Both the position numbers and the translations under genes were made by a program. From the NCBI RefSeq assembly GCF_006345805.1, contig NC_042997.1, positions 32,054,001 to 32,118,000 on the forward strand: a DNA stretch of 64,000 nt, written 5' to 3'. The stretch's first letter is position 1. Each line of letters starts with the position of its first letter. The DNA comes from Octopus sinensis. Its lineage: Eukaryota. The notes beneath the pieces are model-generated. The model was not told where the DNA came from, made no database searches, and was given only the letters and a program-made list of their open reading frames with translations. Below are positions 1 to 13,203 of the stretch, one piece after another.

Positions 1-3000
1 TAGTGGAATGATGCTCACACTCAGTCCTTGCCTTTTTTCACTCTCACATAATCTTACCATCAGCCAGTGCCACATTATAACACAACATAAGGATGTGCAC
101 TGCTGTATCAAAACAACTATCGCATCACAATATTTTATAAGAAGGCAAATAAAATATATTTTTCCATTATAATCAATGATTATATTATTTGGTGAGCTAA
201 ATATTTATAGTAGGTGTGATACCTACACCAAGAATATGTTGATTATATGTCCCTTGGTTAATATGTATATCTCAATGTTTAAATATTATCAAACACATTT
301 TTATAATAAAATATTTAATTACTATATTTCCTTGTGATATTCTTTGTTTCTTACCTTTCCTGGTTAAAAGAAAATGGAATTAAAATGATACTGCAAAGAT
401 AACCATTTTCTAACCAAATTTCTATTAAAATACACTGTCTATGTTACTCAATTAATTTTGAAAATAATCAAGAATTAGGAAGTATTTAGCAAAATGACTG
501 ACATCTTCATTATTATGATGCTTGTTTCATAACATAATTAAATGTTCTTAGATAAAATTATGATGGTTTATATTTTTGATATAAACACTTCAGAAACAGA
601 TTTTATACCATAGACTCAAACAGGTGAAATATTTTTAGTATGGCTTAATGGAAGAAAGGCAGTAGCTATAACCTTTGTAGTATCTCCACATCTCATACAA
701 GAGAAAGAGGTCAAAAACTATGACCCATGAAGGTGTCAGAAGTCACACACATGAAGATATAAAGATATGTACACTCCAGAAACCTGACCTTGATTCTTGC
801 TACACACCAAGATCTTTCATCCAATTCAAATGTCTCTACAAATACAACTAGAAACTTCTTCCCCTAATCAGAAAGCACTTCCCAAACACCAGTAAGCACT
901 ACAAACTTTTTAATGTTCACAACATTAAAGTTTGCTACTCCTGCCTAAATAATATTGCTTCTAGCATTGCCTACCACAATAGATTGCACACACATTTATG
1001 CTGATCCTATTTTATGGCCCACTCAGCAATTGTCAATATTCCACTAAATGTCTATTGAGTAGATCCTGCCTCTCCAAGGTTGCGGGATGCAGATGCAGGC
1101 AAATCTCAACCTCCCTATCTTAATTCAAATGGAGACTCTAAGACTAAGGAAACAACTTCCCCAATAGCACATGGAACAGCATTGACAGGGCTTGCTTAAT
1201 CACCTGGTGCACATAATTCCTAACTCTTCCTCCATGAAAAACTGCACATATTGCAACAGTCAACAGTGTCCATCAATATGAAAACTGACATATTGGTTTT
1301 TGTTGCTATCAAAGAAATATCATGTTAATTAAATTCAAATCATTGGCTTTTAGTACAGCTGAAATACCACCATAACTCTGTCTGACCCATATGTAAACAC
1401 AGAATATATTATCCCTACTTGCTAATGGTCATATTGTTTCCTCTGCATAACCTTCAGTGTTGTTTACCATTGCTTGTACATAACAGTAATAGCAGTCACA
1501 CAATATACCAAGTAAACTGACAACACCAGTCTGTTAACCACACAACATGGAATAGCATTAGGAAGCATACATCTTCATCTATTATCACTGACCTGTCAAC
1601 TGATAGACCAGCTGGTGATTCAAAGCTGTCCATTCTCTCATATGCAAGAACAGCAAAGAAGATCTTTTGTCACTAATCTGTCAACTTTCATATGTAACTT
1701 GAAGTAACCAGTGGAGGCTCTTGATCTCTTCACTTTGATCTCAAGGTTTCTGATGCATTGGATATACAGATATATGTCCATGAATCTTGAAATAATGAAG
1801 GAGTGATTCAACCTGTTAATACATGTATTTAACTTCCACATATGTTGAGTGAGTAAGGCAGCAAGCCAGCAAGAATTGTTGGCACACCAGGCAAAATACT
1901 AAACAGCATTCTGTTTGTCTTTATGTTCTGAGTTCAAATTTTATGAAGATCAGCTCTACATTTCATCATTTTTGGGTCAATAAAATAAGTACCAACAGGA
2001 TGCTGATATAATCAAGTTAATCCATCTGCTGAAATTGCTAGCTTTGTACCAAAATTTGAAACTAGTAAGTGTTGAGTGTATTGATTTTTTAAATTTGTTT
2101 CTTCATCTAAAGATTACATTTATGTATTAGGTTAGCAGACTGTCATGGGGACAGAAGATGTAAGGTTCAAGTCTCACAAGAAGTCTTCAGCTTTTTTCCC
2201 AAGATTTTCAATGCAATATATTACAAACTATTATTTATAGCTGTATTCACCACAAGATACACCATTAAATAATTTATTTACATATTTATTGATGATTCTA
2301 CGTTTGTAATCTAAATGTAAATGAGTATGTCTAAATGTGTGTGTGCCGAAGCAATTATTGGAATATTTGTTCTAGTGGTTTCATAAGAATAAATTTCATA
2401 GTCTGGAAACATTTGAGCAAAAGTAATTATTTTTAAATAGACTATTCAGAAGGGTAGAATAATATCTACAGCAGAAAAAAAAAAAAAAAAAATACGAGGA
2501 AGAAAGAAATTCCAGAGAGAGTTGGCCAAATATTTAATGCAGAATTTTGGAGGTAATACACAGCAGGAGAAACAAATAGTAATGAATTTATCAAGTGAGG
2601 CTGAATAAAGAGAGGAAGCAAATAGTTTGTTCTGGAGAGCAGAGGCTATGGTCATAATAGTAGAAGCAGGGATAAGATGCAGCACATCTGTTGTAGGTTT
2701 ATAGGTGGGGGAATTTTTGTTAATCAATCAAATGATGTTTTGACGGTAGTTTAGGTCATTATTACATGTAGCAGTAGCACCACCTGGGATAAAAATTTAA
2801 ATATTGCAAAGCTAAAACTAATTATCATCATACTGTCTAGTATCTGTCTCAACTCACTTCCCAGACTAACGAGACAACATAGTCAACAATATCATAAATC
2901 TCTGCTTGCATTCTTAATTCAAATCCTGTCTTTCTAATTTGCATTCTGAATTCAACAAAACAAATATCAGTAGAGAAAATAGGTATTGTAGTTGAAGTCA

Positions 3001-3079
3001 TCATCTCTGAACTACAACAAACTACACCAGTGTGGTCACAGTCCAATGACTGAAACCAATAAATAAATAAAATAATCAG

Positions 3080-3406
3080 AGCGGCTATCCGGCCTCCATG
3101 CTGGTGGCACGTAAAAGACACCATTCGAGCATGATCATTACCAGAATCGCCTTACTGGCACCTGTGCCGATGACATGTGTAAAAGATTCGAGCATGGTCA
3201 TTGCCAGTACCGCCTGACTGGCATGTAAAAGCACCCACTACACTCTCGGAGTGGTTGGCGTTAGGAAGGGCATCCAGCTGTAGAAACTCTGCCAGATCAA
3301 GATTGAAGCCTGGTGCAGCCATCTGGTTCGCCAGCCCTCAGTCAAATCGTCCAACCCATGCTAGCATGGAAAGCGGACACTAAATGATGATGATGATGAT
3401 GATGAT
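3080..3406 (+). mobile_element. RTE 3'-UTR fragment. Further copies (approx.): 5618-5765(-), 8290-8800(+), 12143-12390(-), 16355-16520(-), 17733-18155(-), 21632-22047(+), 22312-22462(+), 22622-23116(+), 27150-27462(+), 40394-40640(-), 46330-46490(+), 63380-63562(+)
   Basis: All share ggttggcgttaggaagggcatccagctgtagaaac...cccatgctagcatggaaagcggacgttaaac-(GAT)n, the terminus of the long RTE copies. Confidence 0.88.
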
Positions 3407-4795
3407 AGGTGCAGGCATGGCTGTATGGTAAAGATGCTTATTTCAAACCACTTTTGTTTCAAGTTCAGTCCTCTTGTGTAGTACCTTGGGCAAGTGTCTT
3501 CTGTTGTAACCCCCATCTAATCAATACCTTGTGAATGATATTGGGAGATTGGTTGAAGAATACTGTATAGATCATATGTGTGTGTGTATACATACATACA
3601 TACCCACACACACATGCATATATATATATATATAATAATAATGTAACACAATAAAATACATATATTGGACTACCATGAAATGTTTTGAAGATTGGCCTGT
3701 TAGTTTACCTCTTAGCACACATATATAGATGTACACATACATATATAGATGTACACATACATATATATTTATATTTTATATACATGCAAATGTTGATGTA
3801 ACATCTATGTAACTAACAAGATTATGAAACAGCTGTAAACAAATGGAATATCTATTCTCTCAACTCACTTCTCTTATCTGTTCTATTCATATATACACAC
3901 ATATATCTGTGCGTATGAATATATGTACGTATAGCAATATTACTTTACTCTTTCTCCCACTTTTTCCAAATATAAATATTTATTTCTTTATTGCCACCAA
4001 GGGTCTAAACATAGAGGGGACAAACAAGGACAGACAAGTGGATTAAGTCAATTACATTGACCCCAGTGTGTAACTGGTACTTATTTAATCGACCCTGAAA
4101 GGATGAAAGGCAAAGTCGACCTCGGCAGAATTTGAACTCAGAACGTAGCGGCAGATGAAACACCTATTTCTTTATTACCCACAAGGGGCTAAACACAGAG
4201 GGGACAAACAAGGATAGACATAGGTATTAAGTCGTTTACATAGACCCCCAGTGCATAACAGGTACTTATTTAATCGACTCTGAAAGGTAAAGTCGACCTT
4301 GATGGAATTTGAACTCAGAACATAGTGGCAGACGAAATACCGCCAAGCATTTCGCCCAGTGTGCAAATGATTCTGCCAGCTCGATGCCTTTTTCCACATA
4401 TAAATATTGTCAACACAGACTAACACCCATCTCTCAGGATTTTGTTTTAGTGTGTGTGTGTTGGTGTGTGTGTGTGTGCATGCACATCGAGTGAAACAGT
4501 GAAATGTATGCAGACACACACACACACACACATATACATATGCACACAAAGACACAGATATATGTAGACATGTGTATAAAAGATGACAAGGGAATAACTA
4601 ATTGCCTCGTAAACTAATGAAGTTCATAAGACAATCACTTATTCCTTTGTCAGCTCTTATCTTATCACCACTCTGTACCCAACTAACACTTGGTTCTGTT
4701 GCATACATATATTGAGCTCTACACTAGGTTATTAGTCCCGCAATGCCTAAGCAAAATATTAAAATACATGTGTGAGTATATATATATATTATTAC

Positions 4796-4938
4796 ATCAA
4801 GAGCTATTACTATAAGTAAAGCCACATGCTGTAAAGGGACTCTAAAGTCAAACTGCTTCAACAAGTATACACACACGTGTATACTTGTTGAAGTAGTTTG
4901 ACTTTAGAGTCCCATTACTAATAGTAATAGCTCTTGAT
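4796..4938. repeat. Near-perfect fold-back: 37-bp inner stem plus 17-bp outer stem
   Basis: 4836-4872 pairs with 4877-4913 (loop acac, one mismatch); atcaagagctattacta pairs with tagtaatagctcttgat. Confidence 0.92.
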
Positions 4939-5045
4939 ACTTTGCATTAATTTTTTTCATTAACTGGTTTTACACACTGGCTACTTGACAAAATCTTGTA
5001 GAGGTTCTATCCTTATATTTTGTGTGTGTGTGTGTGTGTGGTGTG

Positions 5046-5087
<42 letters not shown>

Positions 5088-5138
5088 TATACTTGTATAC
5101 ATGCGTACTGACAGAGACCATAATCACCAGTTGAGAAT

Positions 5139-5191
5139 TCCCTATACTGATCAATCAGTTTTGGCTAATTCCATACCCTCATCAGTAGGGA
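5139..5191 (-). ncRNA. Type I hammerhead ribozyme fold with G12A core change (likely inactive)
   Basis: Minus strand: TCCCTA-CTGATGA-GGGTA tggaat TAGCC-AAAA-CTGAT tg ATCAG-T-A-TAGGGA. Stems I, II and III all pair, with one G-G mismatch in stem II. GAAA is replaced by AAAA. Confidence 0.75.
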
Positions 5192-6002
5192 CCACTCGAC
5201 TCAGCTTTTTGCGAACATGTGTGTGTGTATACACTGTCAGTACATATGCATTCACCATAAAAATCTATGGATGATTTAGTGAATCACTAATGTGTATCCA
5301 ATAATTTAATATAGACAGCAGTTTGCAATGTTTTACCAAAAAGGAAAACTACAATTGTCACTAAATATGACCAGGATGTTAGAACACCTACATTGCTAGA
5401 AATAAGAGCTAAAATGGTCTAATACTGTGGTTAAAGCACAAATGTATACTTATGTACTGGTGCTTTAACCACAGCATTGATGTAAGTAACAGAGTGAAGC
5501 AGGTGGGTCAATTTCATTGACTTAAAACCCTTTAAGGAAGTGATTCAGCAAGGCTGCAGTCCAGAGATTGAAAGCATTCTAAATTCATTATGTTTGCTTA
5601 TATAGATGGATATACCTTCATCATCATCATCATTGTTTAGCGTCCGCTTTCCATGCTGGCATGGGTTGGACGGTGCAACTGGGGTCTGGGAAGCCAGAAG
5701 GCTGCACCAGGCCCAGTCTGATCTGGCAATGTTTCTACAGCTGGATGCTCTTCCTAACGCCAACCTTATAAATAAATAACCAAACATTAAAAACTGGCAA
5801 ACTTATAACAAGAAACAACACATAACAGTAAACCTGACTTAGTTACTTTCTAAAATTGGCCGTGCAGTCAGAAGTTTGCTTCCCAAACACATGCTTGCAG
5901 GTTCAGTCCCACTGATTGGCACCTTGGGAAAGTGTATTTCACTACAGCCTGGGCCAACCAAGGCCTTGTGAGTGGATTTGGTAGAAGGAAGCTGAAAGAA
6001 GA

Positions 6003-6034
<32 letters not shown>

Positions 6035-6407
6035 CACTTGCGTCAGAAATTAATTAGCACTTCTCAAATTTCTACAATAGGTTAAATCAATTAACCTATG
6101 AGCTGTTCAAAACGTCTTACGCGATGAGAAAACTTAGTATAGTGTGATTTCGGTCCTTGCGAGGCGCTACCTATATCTATTAAACAAAGGAAGATTTGGC
6201 TGCATCCGCACTCCAATTTGTTGCACTGCTATGTCAACATCATAAGGCTGTAGACTCTAAAACTGCTCTGCAAACAAAGTTACGTCATCGTTCTGCGCAA
6301 CAGTGAACTCGCAACAAAGCAATAGTTCGAGATATGGCCACTAGGTGACAGCACATACCTTGAGTGAAGAGCAAATCAAGGGTGCTAATTAATTTCTGAC
6401 GGTAGTG
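6035..6407. mobile_element. Tc1/mariner-type MITE in (TA)n
   Basis: TIRs cacttgcgtcagaaattaattagcac / gtgctaattaatttctgacggtagtg, with TA flanks. Confidence 0.85.
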
Positions 6408-6515
6408 TATATATATATATATATATATATATAGCATGGCCTCAGCCGGATGGCTGAAACAAGTAAAAGAGTAATATATATATATATATACATATATAGA
6501 CACACACACAAAATT

Positions 6516-6815
6516 TGGAGGCGCAATGGCCCAGTGGTTAGGGCAGCAGACTCGCGGTCGCAGGATCGCGGTTTCGATTCCCAGACCGGGCGTTGTGAGT
6601 GTTTATTGAGCGAAAACACCTAAAAGTTCCACGAGGCTCCGGCAGGGGGTGGTGATCCCAGCTGTACTCTTTCACCACTCTTTCTCCCACTCCTTCTTCT
6701 GTTGGTCTGCTCGCTTAGCCAGCGGGGTGGCGTCGTTCGAAGGCTAAAACAATGCGAACGCATTGTGACCAGCGATGTGTAACTACATCTGATGGACTGG
6801 TCGGTCACGTGATCA
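6516..6815 (+). mobile_element. tRNA-Arg-derived SINE (octopus OR-like); same head at 52690-52772(-)
   Basis: A box tggcccagtgg, anticodon-arm-like gac-TCG-cggtc, B-box-like ggtttcgattcc. Confidence 0.75.
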
Positions 6816-7164
6816 TATATACAAAATTTAGAGGACTGACCACTAAAAGTGGACAGCCTATACGCTAGATGTAGCCGTCAAATTGCCATTTTCCACGAAG
6901 AATGTGTTCTCAAGAAAAAACTCCAAAGCGTAAAAGTAAGCAAGACAAATGAAAATATACGAAATAAAAAACGATTACCTATGTACTACTTAGTTTCACT
7001 TGTTAATATTTATGTATATGGACATGCAAACATCTGCAAGATCATTAGCATAGTCCTCTAAATTTTGTATGTAAAACAATTTTTAAAAAAAATATGCTAG
7101 GCCACTGGTTTTAATTGATTAATATCAATTTTTACCCTTATTTAATTTTATATATATATATATA

Positions 7165-7437
7165 GGGAAACAATTGCAGCGTGGGAGGTGTTTATAAGGC
7201 ATTTAAGAAACACACAAAAACTGTCAGATTCACTTAAACATTTAAATTTAATTTGCCAAAATATTTTCGGCGCTTTGAGACCGCGACCTGTTCACTGACA
7301 AAATTCCATACTGCGGCATAGTCTCAAAGTGACGAAAATATTTTGCCAAATTAAATTTAAATGTTAAAGTGAATCTGACAGTTTTTGTGTGTTTCTTAAA
7401 TGGCTAATAAATATCATCCACGCTGCAATTGTTTGCA
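7165..7437. repeat. Long imperfect inverted repeat with ~115-bp arms
   Basis: aaacaattgcagcgtgg...ctttgagac mirrored by gtctcaaag...ccacgctgcaattgttt. Confidence 0.9.
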
Positions 7438-7948
7438 TTCCAGCACACAATCTCAGATCAGGTTACTTGCTATGCAAGTACATCTCCATAACAAGTACAT
7501 CTTGTGTTTGTCCCCTCATCACTGTTGACAACTGGTGCTAGTGTGTTTACATCCCCACAACTTAGTGGTTAGGCGAAAAAGAACTGACAGAAAAAGTACT
7601 AGGCTTAAAAAAGAAGTCCCGGGGTCATTTTGTTTAATTAAAACCCTTCAAAGCGGTGCTCCAGCATGGTGGCAGTCAGATGACAGAAAAAAAAGGGGTG
7701 TGCATGTGTCTGGAACCCCCCACACACACACACTTGACAACCTGTGTTGGTTTGTTTACATCCCCATAAGATAGCCGTTCTGCAAAAGAGACTGCTGGAA
7801 TAAATAGTAAACTTTAAAAAAATAAGTACTAGGGGTGATTTATTCAACTAAAACCCTTCAAAGCAGTGCCACAGTATGGCCGCAATTCAATGACTGATGA
7901 AAAAAATATAACACAGATTGAAAAATGTTATAAATATATATATACAAA

Positions 7949-7954
7949 TTTATT
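7949..7954 (-). promoter_or_regulatory. Candidate polyadenylation signal AATAAA for TRUB2
   Basis: tttatt on the plus strand, 8 nt downstream of the stop codon. AT-rich context, so it may be chance. Confidence 0.35.
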
Positions 7955-7962
7955 ATTTCTCT

Positions 7963-8261
7963 TTAAGTTTTTACCGCATCAGGTTCTGGCAGGTAAGAAT
8001 TGTTGTTTTCTTCTGTAGTCGGATCAACAAGTAATGAAGGAGTAATCAACTTGTCAGGTGTCGTTAATTTTCGACAAATACTAATGTTTTCTAGTATGTC
8101 AGGAACAGTCCAAAATTTCCGAAGCAGAGCATGTTCTAAGGTAAAATGACCATTGCGAATGCAACGTATTTGGGTGCATATGGCACCAGATTTCAACTGT
8201 AAGCCAATATTATGTATTAGTGACATCAGATACGTTGTTTTTTCCTGTAGGGTGTGAATTT
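7963..8261 (-). CDS. TRUB2: TRUB2 last coding exon (EIHTLQEKTTYLMSLIHNIGLQLKSGAICTQIRCIRNGHFTLEHALLRKFW...stop)
   Basis: tttcag acceptor. Matches TRUB2 C-terminal IGLxLKxxAxCTQxRxxRxGxFTLxxALLR. TAA at 7965-7963. Confidence 0.95.
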
Positions 8262-9762
8262 CTGAAATAGAAACATCAAAAGCTGGTTAAAGAATTCTTT
8301 TGATTGAAAGAAAAATAATTGTTGTTGTTGGAGCAAGTGAAATCGAAATTGAACCAAATTCAATGACTGGCACCCATGCCAGTGGAGCGTTAACAGCTCC
8401 ATCCAAGCGGGATCACTGCCAGAGCAGCTGTCTGGCATGTAAAGAGCACCATTTGAACGTGATCATTGTCAGCGTTGCCTCACTGGCACTTGTGCCCGTG
8501 GCACGTGAACAAAACATTCGAGCAAGGTCATTGCCAGTGCTGCTGGACTGACTCCTGTGCAGGTGGCATGTAAAAAACACCATTTTCGAGCGTGGCTGTT
8601 GCCAGTACCGTGAGACTGGCACGTTAAAAGCACCCACTACACTCTCGGGGTGGTTGGCGTTAGGAAGGGCATCCAGCTGTAGAAACTCTGCCAGATCAGA
8701 TTGGAGCCTGGTGCAGCCATCTGGTTCGCCAGTCCTCAGTCAAATCATCCAACCCATGCTAGCATGGAAAGCGGACATTAAACGATGATGATGATGATGA
8801 TTGTTGGAAACTGAGACAACTAGTTGGCAGAACTGTTAGTATGTCAGACAAAATGCTAAGCAGCACTTCTGAGTTCAAATCCTGCCAAGATTAGTTGATG
8901 AAATTGAAATAGGTACCACTGAGCACTGGGGTCAATTTTGTTGGAAGCCTCTCAAGTCTATGAAGAAATAAGTATGCAGTTGCATGATCTACTAGAAATA
9001 GCAGTGAAATTCCCTCAAATTTCACTCTATGGTCTTAAAAAGGAATAAATATTCAGTCGAACTCAGTCTTGCATATGATATGCCAGAAAGGAAAGGGGAG
9101 AATCATGGTTATAATATACCAAAGGCCAAGACAAACTTTCGAATGTCCAACTAGTTATAAATAAATACCACAGAGTTAAAACAACATATCTTGTCAGCCG
9201 CATTAATACTTATTTCTTTATTATCCACAAGGGGCTAAACATAGAAGGGACAAACAAGGACAGACACAGGTATTAAGTCGATTACATCGACCCTAGTGTG
9301 TAACTGGTACTTAATTTATCGACCCCAAAAGGATGAAAGGTAAAGTCGACCTCGGCGGAATTTGAACTCACAACATAACGGCAGATGAAATACCGCTAAG
9401 AATTTCGCCCGACGTGCTAACGTTTCTGCCAGCTCTCTGCTGCATTAATACTGTTAAATTACTGAGTGTTTCATTAGCTTACAAATCTGAGTTCAACTCC
9501 TGCAGGAATAGGTTGTAGAGGAACAGGATGTGCTAAGCTGACTTGCTTTGCCCTAGCTATATTTATATATAAAGATGAAATTCTTATGAATTACCTTTAA
9601 AACCCAGTTGGTAATGGCATTCACCATTAATGCGTGGAATCAACAGTTGCAACTGCTTGAAGAATTGATAGCTAAAATCCTGGTGTTGGACTATATTCTT
9701 TGCAAAGAGAACTCTAAATAGTGAAGCGTACGAGTTTAAATCTTTACAAAGAGATAGTGTAA

Positions 9763-10165
9763 TCTTTATATATAAAAGAGAAGTTGTGTGTCTGTCTCCT
9801 ACACTTTAGATTCCTAACTACTCCCACATTTTGTGGTGCAGTTTAACCAAAACCAGGTATCTTATAGTCGTGATTCATATTGAGCCCTTCTGGGTATTAG
9901 CGCGCGTCTACGATGAGTCTACGATTTAAAAAAAAATTTACCATAATTTTTTTCCATTTTAATGCATTTTTTTTGCTATTATATAAGGGAAGTAACTCTC
10001 TAAAAATGTCTACGATGAGTCAACCTTTTTTAAAAAAATTTACCATCATTTTTTTTTTTTTCATTTTTAATGCATTTTTTTGCCATTTTTTGGCTATAAC
10101 TCTCTAAAAATGCTTATATAGTTATTTCCCTTACAAACCCGAGCAACGCCGGGCGATACTGCTAG
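9763..10165 (+). mobile_element. Non-autonomous Helitron
   Basis: A|TCTTTATATATAAAA 5' end, 3' GC hairpin cccgagcaacgccggg, CTAG|T end, no TSD, internal direct repeat. Confidence 0.88.
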
Positions 10166-10531
10166 TTTATCATAAAAGTAGATGATTTGTTGAATGCTTG
10201 AATATCTGAGTCATCATCATCATTATCATTTATGCTGGCATGGTAGGTAGGACATGCTTAAGAGGAGCTGGCAAGGCAAAAGACTGCACTGAGCTCCACA
10301 GTCTACTTTAGCATGGTTTCTACAGTTGGATGCCAACCACTTCACAGAGCATGGTGGGTGCTTTTCAGCTAGCACCAATACCAGCAAGAACACCTAGTTA
10401 CTCACAAGGCAAAACCATTCAAGTGAGGGAAAAGTAGTATTGAGGGAAGTGGATTTTGACAGAGAGAGAGAGAGAGAGAAAGAGAAAGAGAGAGAAAGTT
10501 TGTGTGTGTGTGTATGGAATATATGACTTAC

Positions 10532-10671
10532 CTAAAGTGAAATCTGGAGGTTGGAAATCAATACACTTGATTCCATAAAGAATTGTAGGAGTATATTCTT
10601 GTGCTGGCCGCACTAATCCTTTAGATGCTATCTCATAAGCTTCTTGACTCTGTAAATCTACTTTTGCATAT
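10532..10671 (-). CDS. TRUB2: TRUB2 coding exon 7 (YAKVDLQSQEAYEIASKGLVRPAQEYTPTILYGIKCIDFQPPDFTL)
   Basis: Hallmark TRUB2 SQEAYExAxxGLxRP...GIxCxxFxPPxFxL. ttccag acceptor, GTAAGT donor, 140 nt, phase 2 to 1. Confidence 0.95.
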
Positions 10672-11089
10672 CTGGAATTAGTAAGAAAGATAACAGGTTT
10701 GATTAAATAATATAACTGTTTCACTTGGCTTTCTATTTCATATTTGAGTATGGCTTGAAATGACAACTTTCATTTAACTAATCCTGACCCACCTGAACAG
10801 AGATCAATAACAAAAAAAAAAAAAACTATCATTTTATATTGAAAGCATGTTCTCAGCCAACCTCTTAAAATAAATAAATTAAGTTTCATGGAAAAATAGG
10901 TGTTAAACTAATAATATCTGTTTAGTGGCAATTAAAATCAATGAGAGTGCTTCTATATAATTACTCAGCCTATAAAGAATAAGTCAAATTTCTTTCAATT
11001 TCAATCCTACTATCTTTAAAAAAAAAAAAAATGGCTGGTCACAGCCGGAATGCCTTTGATTACAGGTCTTTATAGTTAGGATTGACACA

Positions 11090-11560
11090 CAATAATAATA
11101 ATAATAAACATTGTGTACAGTGCTCAGGTGCACTACAACTCATCTAAAGTGCACATATAATCAGGTGTAGTTTCGACGGATTTCGGAAAGCATGAGGGCC
11201 TTAAAGGATGCAGTGTCATGGCAGTCAACAACTGACGCAGGCAGTTTATTCCATGCTTCAGCAACTCTGAGCGTGAAGAAATGTTTCCGAAAGTCATGTG
11301 TTGTTTTCTGACTTCATAGGCATGTCCACGTGTGTTAGACACATGGAGATCAAAAAGGTGTTCAGTGTTGTTATTGGTGAGATGGTTGATAACTTTGTGG
11401 GCGTTTACCAAGTCCGTCGCCAGACGCCAGAGCTTTAGTGAATCCATGCCCAGGGAAACAAGGCGCTCAGAATATGGTAGGTGTCTGATGGAGGGTATGC
11501 GTTTGGTTGCACGTCTCTGAACAGATTCCAGGAGGTCAATGTTCTGAGCAAGATAGGGGT
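11090..11560 (-). mobile_element. CR1/L2-group LINE 3' remnant; same family at 47395-47880(-) and 23150-23235(+)
   Basis: YPERL..LGMDSLKLxRLAxDL...HKII.HLTNNN.EHLF.LH.SNTRGH.Y...WNKLP; (AAT)n tail. Confidence 0.85.
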
Positions 11561-12599
11561 TCCAAACTGATGACTAAAGAAAACTGATTAACAACAACAG
11601 TTAGACACAATTGTGGCTCAGACAAGTTGATCTTGCGTATAAGAAATATCTGTTAGATCCTCAAAGGAAAAGATGTCACACAAAAAAAAAAAAAATACAA
11701 ATGAAAAATTAAAACAACCAAAGGCTAGAAAGTTTTAATCTAACTTTACTGTGTTTTCCAGTACACAAGTCAATATAACGTAAATATTCAAACATTGTCA
11801 CTATCTTTCCAAATATTGATGCTTTTCACCATCATCCTTATCATTTAATGTCCGTATTCCATGCTGGCATGGGTTGGACTGTTTGACAGGAACTAATGGT
11901 TCCAAGGACTGTATTGCACTCCAATGTTTGCTTTAGCATGGTTTATACAGCTGGATGCCCTTCCTAAAACCAACCATTTTACAGCATGAACTGGATGCTT
12001 ATTTTTTGTCATACCAGCTGCATTATTGAAATCATCATGCATTTGTAGTAGGACTACAAGCCCAGGGGTAGATGAGGGATCAGATTGATGATAGGGGACA
12101 AGGGAATTACTATGGGGGGGGGGAACATGTTCTTGAAATGGGATCATCATCATCATCATCATCATCGTTTAACATCCACCTTCCATGCTGGCATGGGTTG
12201 GACAGTTTCACAGGAGCCAGTCAGGAAGAAGACCACACCAAGTTTCTGTGTCTGTTTTGGCATGGTTTTTATGGCTGGATGCCCTTCCAAACACCAACCA
12301 CCCCACAGAGTGGACTGAGTGCTTTTTACATGGCACCAGTACAGCTGAGGTTAGTTTTGGCATGGTTTTTACAGATGGTTGCATGGCAACTCACATCGAG
12401 TAAAGGAAATTTTGGTCCTCCAATGTCATCTTCATGTCTATCTTTTTTGTAAGTTTTGGTTAGAAAAATTCAGTTTGCATGCCAGAAAATACAGTATTTT
12501 TAACTATAATATACTGTATCAGGTGACATAAGTACAGGGAATTTAATTTGGGAATCTATCATTTCTGCTACTCCTCTCTCCAGACATTCTCTCAAAAAC

Positions 12600-13203
12600 A
12601 ATGGAAAAATACCAGTTTCGGGTTTTAGATGATTTTAAGACATGACTTCAAAATCTATTATACACAATGGTGAAACTTATATTGGAGTACGGGATTCAAG
12701 CCTCTTCTCCTTATCTCCTCAAAGACATACATCATCTCGAAAGAGTCCAGAAGCTGGCTACCCGCATGGTTCTTGGTCTCAAGAATATGTCTTATGAAGA
12801 AAGGCTGAAGACGCTCGACCTTTATTCTCTAGAAAAACGTTGACGCCGTGGTGATCTCATTCTTGCTCACAACATCATAAGCGGAATGAGTAACCTCTCG
12901 AAAGAGCTGTTCTTCACTCCTGCTCCAGAGCGTCGGCTGCGGGGTCACTCCGAAAAGCTCTATCTGCAACGATTTCATCTCAATCGAAGGAGAGGGGCTT
13001 TCTCTGTCTGGGTTGCGGATCCATGGAATAAGCTGCCAGATGAGTTGGTGAAGATGCTGACGACCGCTCGGTTCAAAGTCTCCCTTGACCTCAAGTGGCC
13101 TGAACTCTTTACATGAACACTACCCTGTACATAACTCTATGTCCCCCTACATGGCCATGCTTTTTGCTTTTTGAGCCAAAAAGTTAACTAACTAACTAAC
13201 TAA
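12600..13203 (+). mobile_element. CR1-like LINE 3' remnant with (TAAC)n tail
   Basis: LEYGIQA...LERVQKLATRMV...SYEERLKTLDLYSLE, RLRGHSEKL...WNKLP; ends taactaactaactaactaa. Confidence 0.85.

Noticed and set aside
1-2900. Coding-looking stretches and short ORFs at 1638-1841 and 2446-2727
   Set aside because: Stops in all frames and no recognisable motif; probably old TE debris.
6516-6590. Functional tRNA-Arg gene
   Set aside because: Acceptor and D stems are not closed, and the sequence continues into a SINE body found elsewhere in the window.
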